DNA of 64,000 bases from Candidatus Sulfomarinibacteraceae bacterium (GTDB lineage Bacteria; Acidobacteriota; Thermoanaerobaculia; Thermoanaerobaculales; Sulfomarinibacteraceae). Shown here in pieces: positions 18,922-30,200 of this stretch. Every line of letters starts with the position of its first letter. Position 1 is the first letter of the stretch. The stretch is taken from assembly GCA_963796455.1 (NCBI GenBank), contig CAWCLO010000001.1:1056001-1120000 (forward strand), given 5' to 3'. Both the position numbers and the translations under genes were made by a program. The notes beneath the pieces are model-generated. The model saw only the letters and a list, made by a program, of their open reading frames with translations. It searched no databases and was not told where the DNA came from.

Positions 18922-20649
18922 ATGCGCTCATCAGCGAAATTGATCGGATCCGCACTCTTCGCAGCCCTTCTGTTGATCCCGACGTCGCTCTTGGCAATCG
19001 AGTTCGAGGTGTCGTTTCCATCCGATCTCGAGACCGGGCCTGTGGACGGCCGTTTGCTGCTCCTGATTTCGGGTTCCGCCGAGACCGAACCCAGATTTCA
19101 AGTCCGCCCTGGGGTCAACGCCATTCAAGTCTTCGGAAAAGATGTTGATGGTCTCGAGGCAGGCCATGGGGTCCGCATCGACGATGCTGTTTTTGGCTAT
19201 CCAATCGAGAGTCTCAGCGAAATTCAGCCGGGCGAATACTCGGTCCAGGCCGTGCTCCACCGGTATGAGACCTTCAATCGAGCGGATGGCCACACGGTCA
19301 AGCTCCCGATGGATCGTGGCGAAGGTCAACAGTGGAATCGTGCCCCGGGCAATCTCTACAGCACACCGCGCACGGTGACGATTGCCCCTTCGTCCGACAC
19401 GGTCCACGAAATCGAGCTCGACTCAAAAATCCCACCCATCGAGCCGCCCGCCGAGACCGCCTACGTCAAGCACATCCAGATCCAGAGCAAGCTTCTGACC
19501 CAGTTCTGGGGCCGTCCCATGTTCCTCGGCGCCCACGTTCTTCTGCCGCACGGTTTTGCCGACCACCCCGAGGCACACTATCCGCTCATGGTCTTTCACG
19601 GCCACTTCCCATACGACTTCGGAGATTTCCGCACCTCTCCTCAGGACCCCGATCTCGAGTGCGAGTATGCCGAGAGATTCCAGGTGGACTGCTACAACCG
19701 TATTCGCCAGGAGGAGGCCTATGCCTTCTACCAGAAGTGGATCAGCCCTGATTTTCCCCGATTTCTCATCATCGAGATTCAGCACGCCAACCCCTACTAC
19801 GATGATTCCTACGCCGTCAACTCGGCCAATCTCGGCCCTTACGGTGATGCCATCACCCACGAACTGATTCCCTACATCGAAGAAAAATTTCGCGGTCTCG
19901 GTGAAGGGTGGGCACGGTTCCTCTACGGCGGGTCAACCGGCGGTTGGGAGGCCCTGGCGGTCCAGGTCTTCTATCCCGACGAATACAACGGGTGTTTTGC
20001 CGCGTGCCCCGATCCCATCGATTTCAGGGCCTACGTCCAGACCGATATCTACTCCGACAGCAACGCCTATTTCGAAGAGGGGCCGTTCCGTCGACTGGAA
20101 CGACCGAGCCGCCGCAACTGGCTCGGCGAGATCTCAGCGACCATGCGCGACGACGGTCTGTGGGAGCTCGCCCTCGGTACCAAGAGCCGGTCGGGCCAAC
20201 AATTCGATATCTGGGAAGCGGTGTATTCTCCGGTGGGTGATGACGGCTACCCGAAGCGGATCTGGGACAAAAAGACCGGAGAGATCGACCACGAGGTCGC
20301 GGACCACTGGCGCGAGAATTACGATCTCCGCTACATCCTCGAACGGGACTGGGCGGTCCTCGGACCGAAGCTCGAAGGCAAGATCCACATCTTCACCGGC
20401 GACATGGACAACTACTACCTCAACAACGCGGTCTATCTCACGGAGAAATTTCTCGAAACGACCACAGATCCCCACTACGGAGGCGTCGTGGACTACGGTG
20501 ACCGCGCCGAACACTGTTGGAACGGCGACCACAAGAACGGGAACTACCTCTCGAGGCTGCGCTACAACACGATGTACCTGCCGAGGATCCTGGAGCGAAT
20601 CGAGGCAGCCGCACCCGAAGGGGCCGATCTGACAAGTTGGAGGCACTGA
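18922..20649 (+). CDS. Secreted alpha/beta-hydrolase (esterase family)
   Basis: Signal peptide; nucleophile elbow GGSTGG; YAVNSANLGPYGD. Confidence 0.82.
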   Translation: MRSSAKLIGSALFAALLLIPTSLLAIEFEVSFPSDLETGPVDGRLLLLISGSAETEPRFQVRPGVNAIQVFGKDVDGLEAGHGVRIDDAVFGYPIESLSEIQPGEYSVQAVLHRYETFNRADGHTVKLPMDRGEGQQWNRAPGNLYSTPRTVTIAPSSDTVHEIELDSKIPPIEPPAETAYVKHIQIQSKLLTQFWGRPMFLGAHVLLPHGFADHPEAHYPLMVFHGHFPYDFGDFRTSPQDPDLECEYAERFQVDCYNRIRQEEAYAFYQKWISPDFPRFLIIEIQHANPYYDDSYAVNSANLGPYGDAITHELIPYIEEKFRGLGEGWARFLYGGSTGGWEALAVQVFYPDEYNGCFAACPDPIDFRAYVQTDIYSDSNAYFEEGPFRRLERPSRRNWLGEISATMRDDGLWELALGTKSRSGQQFDIWEAVYSPVGDDGYPKRIWDKKTGEIDHEVADHWRENYDLRYILERDWAVLGPKLEGKIHIFTGDMDNYYLNNAVYLTEKFLETTTDPHYGGVVDYGDRAEHCWNGDHKNGNYLSRLRYNTMYLPRILERIEAAAPEGADLTSWRH

Positions 20650-20802
20650 GAGTCGACTCGCCCGTTTCAGGGCCACGGCAAACAAGAGACCACATCTCAA
20701 TTACACGATCCGAGATGGGAAAACGGCTTTTTGAAATCAGAATTGTTGCGTCTGAGTGGTAATTTTTTCTCCAGCTGAAGGTTTTTCAAGATAGGATTGG
20801 GT

Positions 20803-23800
20803 GTGCACCCCAGTCAGCCGACACGGGCTTCGCTCCAGGAAGGGTGGGTCATCGCCAACCATATCCTGGTGTCCTTTCACGTTGCCTTTATCTCTTCCGT
20901 GCTTGCTCTCCCGGCAGAAGCAATTCTCAAAGCCGATGTCCTGCGTTTTATCTTCCTCAGCTGGGAAACACTGGTCTCGGCCTTGTTCATGGGGATCACA
21001 TTTCATTGTGGAATCGCCATCCATGAACTCGGGCACTTTCTCGCCGCCGCTCGACTCAATGCACTCAACGAATCAGTTGCCGCTGACGCCAACGAACATC
21101 TCCACCGTCCGTTTTTCGGTCGTCTGGTTTTTTTGGCCGGGATGTTTCTCCGTATCCCCTACGGCACCGCACCAGGTGTCAAACGGGAAGGCCTGAACTA
21201 CTACCCAGATGCGCCCTACAATCTGGCCGTCGCCGCCGCCGGGCCACGAGCGAGCCGCAACCTGGCCGTCGCGGCCCTGCTGCCCGCCGCTGTATTGCTC
21301 ACCCTCGGTCTCTTCCTCGACACCGACCCGGCCATCTATGCCGGCCGGCTGCTCCTCGGTATCGGGTTGGTGGCCTTTCTGGATTTTCGATTCGCGGACC
21401 CCGGGAAATACGCCGAATTCCGCACCCGGGAAGCCCTCGCGAACGAACGAGCGGCCACCGTCGGGGAGGTCAAGGGCTGGCTTCTTCTTTGTCCGGAACA
21501 AAAGAACCGGATGATCGAGGAACGCATCCAGGAAGCGATCCACCCGCGGCTCGGACCGGTGACGGCGCCCTGGCAATTCCGCAATTGTGGAATGGGTGGC
21601 CGCCACACCGAAAAAGAATATCCCGAGTCCAACATCAGCATGCAGGAGGCCATGTTTCTGATTCTGAATGCACGGGACTACCAGGATGCGCAAGAGTTGA
21701 CGGTCCGGCTGCAAAACCGCCTCAAGGAAATCATCGAAAAGGAAGAGGGCTGTCGGGTCATGGGAATCGGCCTCGAAGGGGGGCTCGCACCATACATCGA
21801 CAAGGGCGACTATCAGCTTCCTGAACTTCGTCTGTGGGCGATGATGAAACAGGCCATCGCCGAGTGCGGTTGCCGGCCGGGAATCGACGTTGCGATCGCT
21901 CTGGACCCGGCGCTGAGCGAACTCGAGATCGCCTATCGCCAGGAATTCGACATGCCCGACAGTGTCGGGATGTATCTCTTCTGGCGCGACAAGGCCAAGC
22001 TCATCCTCGATCGAAATGCTGTGCTCGAGATCTACGCTACGGCGATCGAAGATCTCGAGATCCCCGTCCTGTCCATCGAGGACGGCTTTTCCGAGGACGA
22101 TCACGAGGGTTGGCGGCTGCTACTCGAACGCCTCGGCAAACACATCTTTGTCATCGGGGACGACCTCGTGACGACCAATGATTCGACGATCGAAGACGCC
22201 GCCGATCGCGGGCTGATCAACGCCGCCCTCATCAAAGCAAATCAGATCGGTTCGTTGTACGAGACTCTGCTCGCCATGATGGTGGCATTGGGCAAGGGCC
22301 AGGATCTCGTGGTATCCCACCGCTCCAAAAGCCCGAATGACGACATGGAGGCGCAGATCGCGCTGGCGGTCAATGCGCTCGGACTCAAGGCCGGAGGTGG
22401 CGCCAACACCGAACGACTCGTCAAATACCAGGCGGTCACCGAGCAGATGCTCAAGGTGGCGGACTCGGGTGGCGAAACCGCGCTGCACCCTGGTGAGAAA
22501 GCTGTTGTCCGTACCCTGCGAGCCTACGAGGAATCCACCAACGCGGGCATCCCGACGGTCGGCGTCACGCTCGAACTGGCTGTCCCCTCGGCCGGTGTGC
22601 GGCTCCAATTCAGAGGTGCGACACCGCTCGGAACATCCGCTGGGACCGGCGAGGCGATCCATCTGGTCGACGCCCTCATCGAACAGGCCGAACACCGGGA
22701 GATCATCGATCGCTTCGGCGGCTTCTTCGAGCAACGGGAAAGGGGCGTTTTCACCTTTGGCAAGGAAGTGTCGGAAGCTGAAATTCGATCCGCCCAGGAC
22801 GAAGGGCTGACGCATCTTTTCGAACGAGCGCAACGATATGGTGGGAAGGGCTGCCTCAACGCGGTCGACAACGTTGTGCAGATCATCGCGCCCCAGTTCA
22901 CCGGACGCGACATTGCCGGCCTCGGACTCAGGGAAATCGACGCCTCGCTGCTCGGTCTCGAACTCTTGACCGCCCGGCGGCGCGGAAAAATCGACTCTGG
23001 AGACGATTCGGAAAACCCCATCCAGGTCATGCAGCGCAAACAGAATCTCGGCATGAACGCGATGTTGTCGGTTTCGCTGGCGCTTTCTCGTGCGGTCGCC
23101 CACATCCAGGGTAAAGAACTCTACGAACTCTTGCGCGAAGAAATGATGCGAATCATCGAAGACCTGGCCCGATCGTATGAGGTGGAGGTCCGCGGCAGCC
23201 GTTTTTCCGATTATGTGACGGCCTTGCGCGAGGTCACCGGGATCCTCGAAGGACAGGGACAACCCGTGTTCGAGGTCCTCCGGAGTCGTACAGCGATCTA
23301 CTCATTGGCTGAAGAGTTCTCGAAAGGAACGCAAATTGTCGGGACCGGTTCCGGCGGTGATCCGATCCTGGAGGGAGAGCACAAAAGGACGAAGGCTGAC
23401 GATCCGCCACCCGTTCCCGAACCCGTTCCCGGGCCCGCCGCCCGCGGCATCGAGACCTCCCTGCCCAAAAACTTCACACCCCTGGACCGCGACACGATCA
23501 CCGATCTGAGCCGAGCCCTCCATCGAGCATTTGCGGTGACCGACGACCGAAGCGACGCTTCAAACACCCTCCGTTCCTACCTGGAGACCAAGACCGCCGC
23601 CGCGAGCAGGCTGGGCCGCTTCGGTATCGTCAACAACCGCGTATTCACCCACGACGGCACCCTTCTGGCGCCTTTTCTCGTCGGCGAGACCCTGGTACTG
23701 CAATCCGTCAACGACGACTCCAACCGAACCCTTGCGGTACGTCGTTTTCCCGCCGGCACCATTTATACGGACCAGGTGTTCATGGAGATCGCCGATTTTG

Positions 23801-26800
23801 ACGGCCGCGCGATCGACGTCGAACAGGCTCTCTTCTTCTTCGATGCCGAACATGTGACGGCGCCGCGGATCACCCGCATTCGCGACATCGCCTCACTGCT
23901 CAAGGAGGTCAACGAGGCCACCAATCGCAACCAGGCGCTCTTCCTCTTGAGACACCTGGTGGCGAGGCTCTGCAATCTCTCGGTCAAAACCTTTCTCGGC
24001 GCAAAGAATCTGCAGCCCGAGGTCAACGAACTCAACAGCCAATTGATACAGTTCATCAACGGCAGATTGTGCACGCGTCTCGCCGGTCTGTCTCGAACCA
24101 TCGTCCGCAACCTCTCGAGCGTCATCGGCAAACCGAATCTGATCGATCAACTGTGGAACGACACCATCCGCCTGGCTGAGGTGGAGATTCGGGGCAGCGC
24201 GATCGTCAACGAACTGCGGAGAAGCAGCCACCACGCGCTCGGGAAACGAACCCTCGTGCTCGCCGAGGCCTACCTCCGCTTTCTCGATACCGGCGAGATG
24301 GGTCAGTTGAATCGCCTCGGTTTCGATCATCCGGCGGCGAGCGATCTCGAGGCCAGAGAGAAACAGAAGCCGCGCGATATCGTCGAACGCGTGGTCGAGG
24401 ACCTTGGGCGGCTTCTCGGAACCTCCGAAACGGTGGCCAGAATCCAGGAATGGCAGCGATCCTACAAGGAGATCCTACTCCAGTGCCAATTCGGCAATCA
24501 GATCGAGACCGAACTCGAAACGATGATTGCCAAGGGCATTCGGGCCCGCAACCGGTGGGTGTATTTCCACCACCTGAGGATTCTCAACCAGAAAGCAGCG
24601 GACTTTTCGCGACCGGAGGCGGTGACTAAGGAATTCACCGCCCGCCTCGAGCGACTCCGCACCATGCGACCCGACGAAGCGGATTTCGACGCCGACCTGT
24701 GCGAAGCCGAGGCCCGCGAGGCCGTGGAGATCTTCACCACCGGAATCCGCGCCGCCTACCAGAACGAGCTCTTCCAGATGCTCGACGCGGTGATCGAGGC
24801 CAACGAAAAGAGCTCCCCCTACGAGACCTTCACGATGGTCCGGAGTCTGCGAATACGTTTGCAGACCATGATCCGAAACGGTGGGTTCCCATCGCAACGC
24901 TACTTCCTGCACCAACTCGATTGTCTGCTCGAGGAGATGAGCTACCTCGCCGTGAGACAGATCGCCACGGCCTATTCGGAAAAGGGGGTCGATCTCGAGC
25001 AGTGCCTGGAGATCATCCGCGTTTCGATTCTCAACCTCGAGTTTGACGGACTGGCCTCGCGTGAGTTGCACGATCTCTCGGGTCTGCTCGGCCACCCGAA
25101 TCGGAGCGACGGCGAGCTCCTCGATGTACTCAGACACGTCAGCCGCCACTACCACAAGATCCGCCAACGGGTGACCAATCCCTACGAACACATGAGTCAC
25201 CATCTCGCCCTCGACGAGGAAGACCTGCGCACCGTTCTGGCCAATATGCAGCGCTATATGCACGACCTCAACAGCGTGGTCCAATTCGCGGACATCGCCG
25301 GCGCACATATCCGGGACCAACAGACCCGAAACAAAGAAAACGGCAGCGCGCACGGCAGCGACGCTGATCTCCAATCGGTCCACGACATCATCCACATCTC
25401 GCACAAAGACCAGGTCGTCGCCGAAATGGATATCTGCTGCGAGCGGCCGAACTTGCGGGAGCGTTATGGCGGTAAGGGCAGCAGCCTGCTCTACGTCACC
25501 CAACTCAATCTTCCGACTCGGGACGGTTTCATCCTCCCAACCACAATCCCGCGCGCAGGCCTCCATCGTGGTGATACCACCTGGTTGGAAGGAGAAATCA
25601 CCAAACACCTGAAAATCCTCGAAACAGACCTTGCCGGCCAAAACGGGATCATCAAACGATTCGGCGACGAGAAGGAACCGCTGGTACTGGCGATTCGAGG
25701 CGGTTCGGTCTTCTCGATGCCCGGTATGCTCTCGACAATCGTCTTTGTCGGGATGAACGACCCCATCGCAGCGGCCCTGGCCCAGCACGGTCCATGGCGC
25801 GCCTATGATTCGTATCGCCGCTTTCTCGCCTCCTTCGGCCTGGCTTTCTGGGGCGTCGACCTCGAGACCTACAACCTGGTTGATGATGCCAAAAAGCGCC
25901 ATGGGGTCGAGTACAAAACTGATCTTTCGTGGGAAGCGATGAAAGAAATCGCCGAACGGTCAAAAACGGTGTTCAGAGATCACGGTCTATCGGGCGAACT
26001 GGACCGCATCCTGAAAGACCCGAGGCAGCAGCTGCTCGCTGCCGTGTGCGCGGTCTTTGAGTCCTGGAACAAGGAGAGAGCCCAGCGATATCGGGAGATC
26101 AAGGGCATCTCGCACTCGTGGCAGACCGCGGCCATCGTGCAGGAGATGGCTTTTGGCAACGGCCGCAACGCAGCGATCGAGGCGCCGATGGATGAAACCT
26201 TGGTGTCCCTCACGGGCGTCATTCCACGCACCACCGTCACCGAGTTCGGTCTGCGGGAGCTGTCGGGTGAATTCAAATTCTCGGCCGCCGGAGACGATCT
26301 CGTCGGCGGTGTTACATCCTCCGAGTCCTTCCATTCCATCGATGAACTCGACTCCTTGATGCCGATGCTCGGGCGCCGGCTTCGCCACGTCTCCTCGCGG
26401 CTCAGGCGATCGATGGGCACCGATCAGGAGGTCGAGTTCACCGTCGAAAACGGAGTTCTGAGCGTTCTCCAATCAAGGACCGCGGAAACCTATGCCGACC
26501 AGGCAATCGATCGTTTTGTTGAGCCCGGCGAGGCCGTCACCAGGGGACTCGGTGTACGCGGCGGTGGTTTCCGGGGGCTGGTCGCCTTCGATGATGCCGA
26601 TCGTGAAGAACTCGCGGCGATCGATTTCTCTCGCCGCGACGATGTCGACGGGGTGCTCCTCGTGTTGGAGAACCCCACTCCGGAGGAGATCCCGATGATC
26701 ATCTCCGCCGATGGGCTGCTGACCGCAAAGGGTGGATCCACCTCGCACGCCGCAGTCGCCGCCAACGGGATTGAGGACCGGAATTTCTGTTCGGTCATGA

Positions 26801-26979
26801 GCGCCGGCGGTCTTCGCGTCGACCTCGAAAAGCGTGAAGCCGTCATCCAGAACGCCGACGGAGAGATCCTCCACCGGATCCTCAAGGGTGATGTGCTCTC
26901 GCTGCACGGCACCTCGGGTGAGGTCTACATCGGTTCTCGCGCCCTCCGCCAGGTCGACGGCAAGGAACCGCAATCGTGA
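20803..26979 (+). CDS. Giant fusion: M50-like membrane domain + circularly permuted enolase + unknown region + PPDK ATP-grasp and phospho-His domains
   Basis: HELGH and AAAGP; enolase barrel motifs precede enolase N-domain motifs; PPDK motifs GGKG, SMPGM, AYDSYRRF, VQEMAFGN, GGSTSHAAV. Start GTG 20803 (ORF track 20797). Confidence 0.88.
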   Translation: MHPSQPTRASLQEGWVIANHILVSFHVAFISSVLALPAEAILKADVLRFIFLSWETLVSALFMGITFHCGIAIHELGHFLAAARLNALNESVAADANEHLHRPFFGRLVFLAGMFLRIPYGTAPGVKREGLNYYPDAPYNLAVAAAGPRASRNLAVAALLPAAVLLTLGLFLDTDPAIYAGRLLLGIGLVAFLDFRFADPGKYAEFRTREALANERAATVGEVKGWLLLCPEQKNRMIEERIQEAIHPRLGPVTAPWQFRNCGMGGRHTEKEYPESNISMQEAMFLILNARDYQDAQELTVRLQNRLKEIIEKEEGCRVMGIGLEGGLAPYIDKGDYQLPELRLWAMMKQAIAECGCRPGIDVAIALDPALSELEIAYRQEFDMPDSVGMYLFWRDKAKLILDRNAVLEIYATAIEDLEIPVLSIEDGFSEDDHEGWRLLLERLGKHIFVIGDDLVTTNDSTIEDAADRGLINAALIKANQIGSLYETLLAMMVALGKGQDLVVSHRSKSPNDDMEAQIALAVNALGLKAGGGANTERLVKYQAVTEQMLKVADSGGETALHPGEKAVVRTLRAYEESTNAGIPTVGVTLELAVPSAGVRLQFRGATPLGTSAGTGEAIHLVDALIEQAEHREIIDRFGGFFEQRERGVFTFGKEVSEAEIRSAQDEGLTHLFERAQRYGGKGCLNAVDNVVQIIAPQFTGRDIAGLGLREIDASLLGLELLTARRRGKIDSGDDSENPIQVMQRKQNLGMNAMLSVSLALSRAVAHIQGKELYELLREEMMRIIEDLARSYEVEVRGSRFSDYVTALREVTGILEGQGQPVFEVLRSRTAIYSLAEEFSKGTQIVGTGSGGDPILEGEHKRTKADDPPPVPEPVPGPAARGIETSLPKNFTPLDRDTITDLSRALHRAFAVTDDRSDASNTLRSYLETKTAAASRLGRFGIVNNRVFTHDGTLLAPFLVGETLVLQSVNDDSNRTLAVRRFPAGTIYTDQVFMEIADFDGRAIDVEQALFFFDAEHVTAPRITRIRDIASLLKEVNEATNRNQALFLLRHLVARLCNLSVKTFLGAKNLQPEVNELNSQLIQFINGRLCTRLAGLSRTIVRNLSSVIGKPNLIDQLWNDTIRLAEVEIRGSAIVNELRRSSHHALGKRTLVLAEAYLRFLDTGEMGQLNRLGFDHPAASDLEAREKQKPRDIVERVVEDLGRLLGTSETVARIQEWQRSYKEILLQCQFGNQIETELETMIAKGIRARNRWVYFHHLRILNQKAADFSRPEAVTKEFTARLERLRTMRPDEADFDADLCEAEAREAVEIFTTGIRAAYQNELFQMLDAVIEANEKSSPYETFTMVRSLRIRLQTMIRNGGFPSQRYFLHQLDCLLEEMSYLAVRQIATAYSEKGVDLEQCLEIIRVSILNLEFDGLASRELHDLSGLLGHPNRSDGELLDVLRHVSRHYHKIRQRVTNPYEHMSHHLALDEEDLRTVLANMQRYMHDLNSVVQFADIAGAHIRDQQTRNKENGSAHGSDADLQSVHDIIHISHKDQVVAEMDICCERPNLRERYGGKGSSLLYVTQLNLPTRDGFILPTTIPRAGLHRGDTTWLEGEITKHLKILETDLAGQNGIIKRFGDEKEPLVLAIRGGSVFSMPGMLSTIVFVGMNDPIAAALAQHGPWRAYDSYRRFLASFGLAFWGVDLETYNLVDDAKKRHGVEYKTDLSWEAMKEIAERSKTVFRDHGLSGELDRILKDPRQQLLAAVCAVFESWNKERAQRYREIKGISHSWQTAAIVQEMAFGNGRNAAIEAPMDETLVSLTGVIPRTTVTEFGLRELSGEFKFSAAGDDLVGGVTSSESFHSIDELDSLMPMLGRRLRHVSSRLRRSMGTDQEVEFTVENGVLSVLQSRTAETYADQAIDRFVEPGEAVTRGLGVRGGGFRGLVAFDDADREELAAIDFSRRDDVDGVLLVLENPTPEEIPMIISADGLLTAKGGSTSHAAVAANGIEDRNFCSVMSAGGLRVDLEKREAVIQNADGEILHRILKGDVLSLHGTSGEVYIGSRALRQVDGKEPQS

Positions 26980-27231
26980 GGCTTCTTTTCGCGACGCCGC
27001 AACCCTGACGGGCCGGGGACGATAAGAAAGTTCACCCGCCCGGTCACCCTGTCTCCGTCGGCGCCGCATGGCCGGTGCGACGACTTCTTGGAGATCCACT
27101 CAGGGTTCCGGGAATCGGGTCACGTCGAGATCGAGCTTGAGATGATTCATCGATTCGAGGCTTGCGTCCACGAGATCGCGATCCCGGTGCGGATTCGATC
27201 GCCGTTTCACCCAACTGAACTGATCTTCCCC

Positions 27232-27290
27232 GCTCCCCCTCTCCCTTTCTCCCTTTCTCCCTTTCTCCCTTTCTCCCTTTCTCCCTTTTT
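27232..27290 (+). repeat. Octamer pyrimidine tandem repeat (TTCTCCCT)n, about 6 units
   Basis: Directly visible, just downstream of the alpha-2-macroglobulin stop. Confidence 0.92.
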
Positions 27291-27297
27291 GGGAGTA

Positions 27298-30200
27298 TCA
27301 GTCGCCTTCGACCTGCAGTCGATGACCCGCCGAATAGGCCGTGAACTCGGGCGCATACATCGACTGTAGAACCGCCGGACCGACCCGGAATGCTCCGGCC
27401 ATGTTCGCGCGCAGGCGGTATTTGAAGGTGTACTCACCCGCCGGCAACCACTCAAAGAAGAAGTTGGTGCCGGAATCGCGGACCTCTTCGTACCAGGAGA
27501 TCCCGAGATCCCACTTGTACTGCGATCGCAATGTCTCGGGCTCGAATCCAGCGCCCCGCGGGTCGCGAAGATGGACATACTCGGCGGCGTGTTTGGCGCG
27601 GATCGACAGGTGGACCTCGATCTGGTCGCCCGGGTTGATTTTCTCGCCATCTTTCATAGGCCGAAGCACCCATCCCGAGCCGTCGTTGAAGCGTCGGAAG
27701 TAGGCCCGTTCGACCGCAAAAAGATCTCCCCGGGCCTCATCGGGCAGCCGCTCGGTGGAAAAGTGCCACGTGGCCGAAGCAAAGGCAAAGCCCTTGAGGG
27801 TTTTTCCACGACGATGGTGGACATGGTCTCCGGGTCCACGGCTTCGCCCTCGACAATCACCCGGTTGCGGGCTCCGGTGTAGCTATCCGGCTCGAAGACA
27901 AATCGTGTGGTCCGGGGCCCCATCGACACGCGAGATCTCCTCGCGCACCTCGAGGGTCTCTTCGTGGCGCAGATAGTGGGCCAGGGAATAGAGCACTTCG
28001 GCGGTGGCGCGGGTCGACTTCCAGTGGTTGAGTTTTTTGTTGAGCAGCAACCACTGGACCAGACCGTGGCGGCGGCCGTCGTCCGGCTCGAGCTCGGTCA
28101 ATGTCCGCAGAGCAAAAGCGTGGGTCTCGGTGGTGTCGTTGTACCAGAGCCAGGCGCGGTCCTCGGGCGCCCAATAGGTGCCGAGATCCTCATCGGTCTT
28201 TGCCGAATCCATCACCGAATCGAAGACCAGAACCGCCTCGTCGTGGCGCCCCATCCGCTCGAGGGTCAGCGCCAGATAGCTCTTGGTCAATGGTGAGTGC
28301 GCCTTCCAGTGGCGGAAGCTGAAATCGAGCATCCGCTTGCGGTCGTCGGCGGTGAACACTCCGCCCGTCCACGACTCGTCGGGGTAGTTGGAGAGCGTGT
28401 AGTTCAGAAACGTGATCGTTTCCCAGCAGCAATTGTGAGCCATCATCTGCTCGACCCAATAGTCGAGATAATGGCGGTGCATATACGCCCAGGCCCGCAC
28501 CACGACATCCTTCGGCGTCTCGACGCCAAACTCGAGGCCCTTGGAAAAACCGTGCAGGATGTAAAGCGTCATCCAAGGTGACGGAGGTCCGCCGGGCCAC
28601 CACGGAAAGCCGCCGAGTGAGGTCTGGCTCTTTTTCAACTTGGCAAGAGCCGCCTCGCGTTGGGCGCGGGTCACCGTCGGATCGAGGACGTTGACGAGGT
28701 GGTCGGAATCCTCCGCGCCACCGCGAGACATCTGCAGCCACGGCGTCTCGACCAACTCCATAGCGCGGTTGGGATCGTCGGCTTCCCATTGTTCAAATCG
28801 GCTCTCACGCTGCGACAGCTTTGCGGCCATCCGCTCTACCGATGGGTACCTATCAAAGAGGCTCGACACGATCCCGGTCGAAAGAAAACGGTTGAGGGTC
28901 TGTTCGGTGCACTCGTAGGGGTAATCCACCAGATAGGGCAGGGCATTGAGAACCGAGTAGAAGAGCTGGGCATCGATGGTGACCGCAAGTTGCCCGTGGA
29001 TCAGAGACGGGTCGTCATCCGATGCCATATCGGCAAAATGGAGCTCCCGGCGATCCGCATCGTGGAGCGTAGCGAAACGTGATTGCATGAGGTGAAGACG
29101 ACCCGGCAGTACCGGTAACGGTCGGAGCTCGCCGTCGGAGAAGTCACCGGCGCGAGCAATGACCTTGAAGGCCACAGTACCGACCCGGGCGGGGACCTCG
29201 AGTTCGAAACTCAGATCAGTACCCTTGCCGGCTTCGACCTCAAAGGGCAGACCCGAGGTGTCCTCGGCCGAAAGACCGAAGAGTGATCGCAGATCCTCCT
29301 CGGTATCGGGATCGTAGATCGAGAGGTTGAGCGCACCCGACAGTGTCTGCTCTCCGGCGTTGTTGACCACGACCTTGAGCAGAGCACGATCGCCCTCGCG
29401 GAGGAAGCGGGGCAGGTAGGGGCGAACCATGAGCTCCTTGACGCTCGCCGCCTGGCGGGTGACCGAACCACCTTTGAGATCGGTGGTCAGGGCGTGAACC
29501 CAGAGATTCCACTCTGTGACCGAGTCCGGAACATCGAACTCGACAGTCGCCGATCCGTCGTCGTTGAGGAGGAGGTGGGGCTCCCAGAAAGCGGTCTCCG
29601 AGAAATCGGACCGGAGTTCGACGGCAGCATTGGGCGGATCGGTGCCACCGGCTGCGCTCCGGTCGGCGTCAGCCAGGTTCCGGCTTGTCTCGCCTTCCCG
29701 CTTGAATTCCGCGCTCTCCTCGGCCGCCATCGGGGCGGCCATCGCCATGGCCGCGGAATCCATCCTCGATTCCATGACCATGCCCGCCTTCATCTGCCGG
29801 AATCCACCACGCCGACCGGGCCCGCCGATGCCGTACCCGTCCAGACTCATGAGCGCATCACCATGAAGGTGGGGGAAGCCCGGTGGATTGGGCAGTCCTG
29901 ATGTGCCCCAGGCGCGCGGCGCCTGGCCGAGGTTGTCCCATAAACGAGCGATCCCGGAGCGGTTCGGATAAAGCGCCGTCACCGACGGCGGCGAATGTGG
30001 GGCAAAGATATCGAGGCTGCGGTCATACATATAGGCCAGCAATTCGGCGGCGGCGGTGTCGACAGCGGACCCATCATGACGCCGCACCGTGACCGTGAAG
30101 GTTTCGCGGGTACCGGGCCGCATCCGGTCTCGGAAGGTCGCGAAATCGAGCTCCAACCGGCGGTCATCCCAGGGCACGAAAAGCTGGGCCGTCTGGCGTA

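Noticed and set aside
27088..27369. 93-aa ORF with PFSLSPFL repeats; also ORFs 46830-47219 and 35252-35674
   Set aside because: Translations of tandem DNA repeats, partly overlapping real genes.
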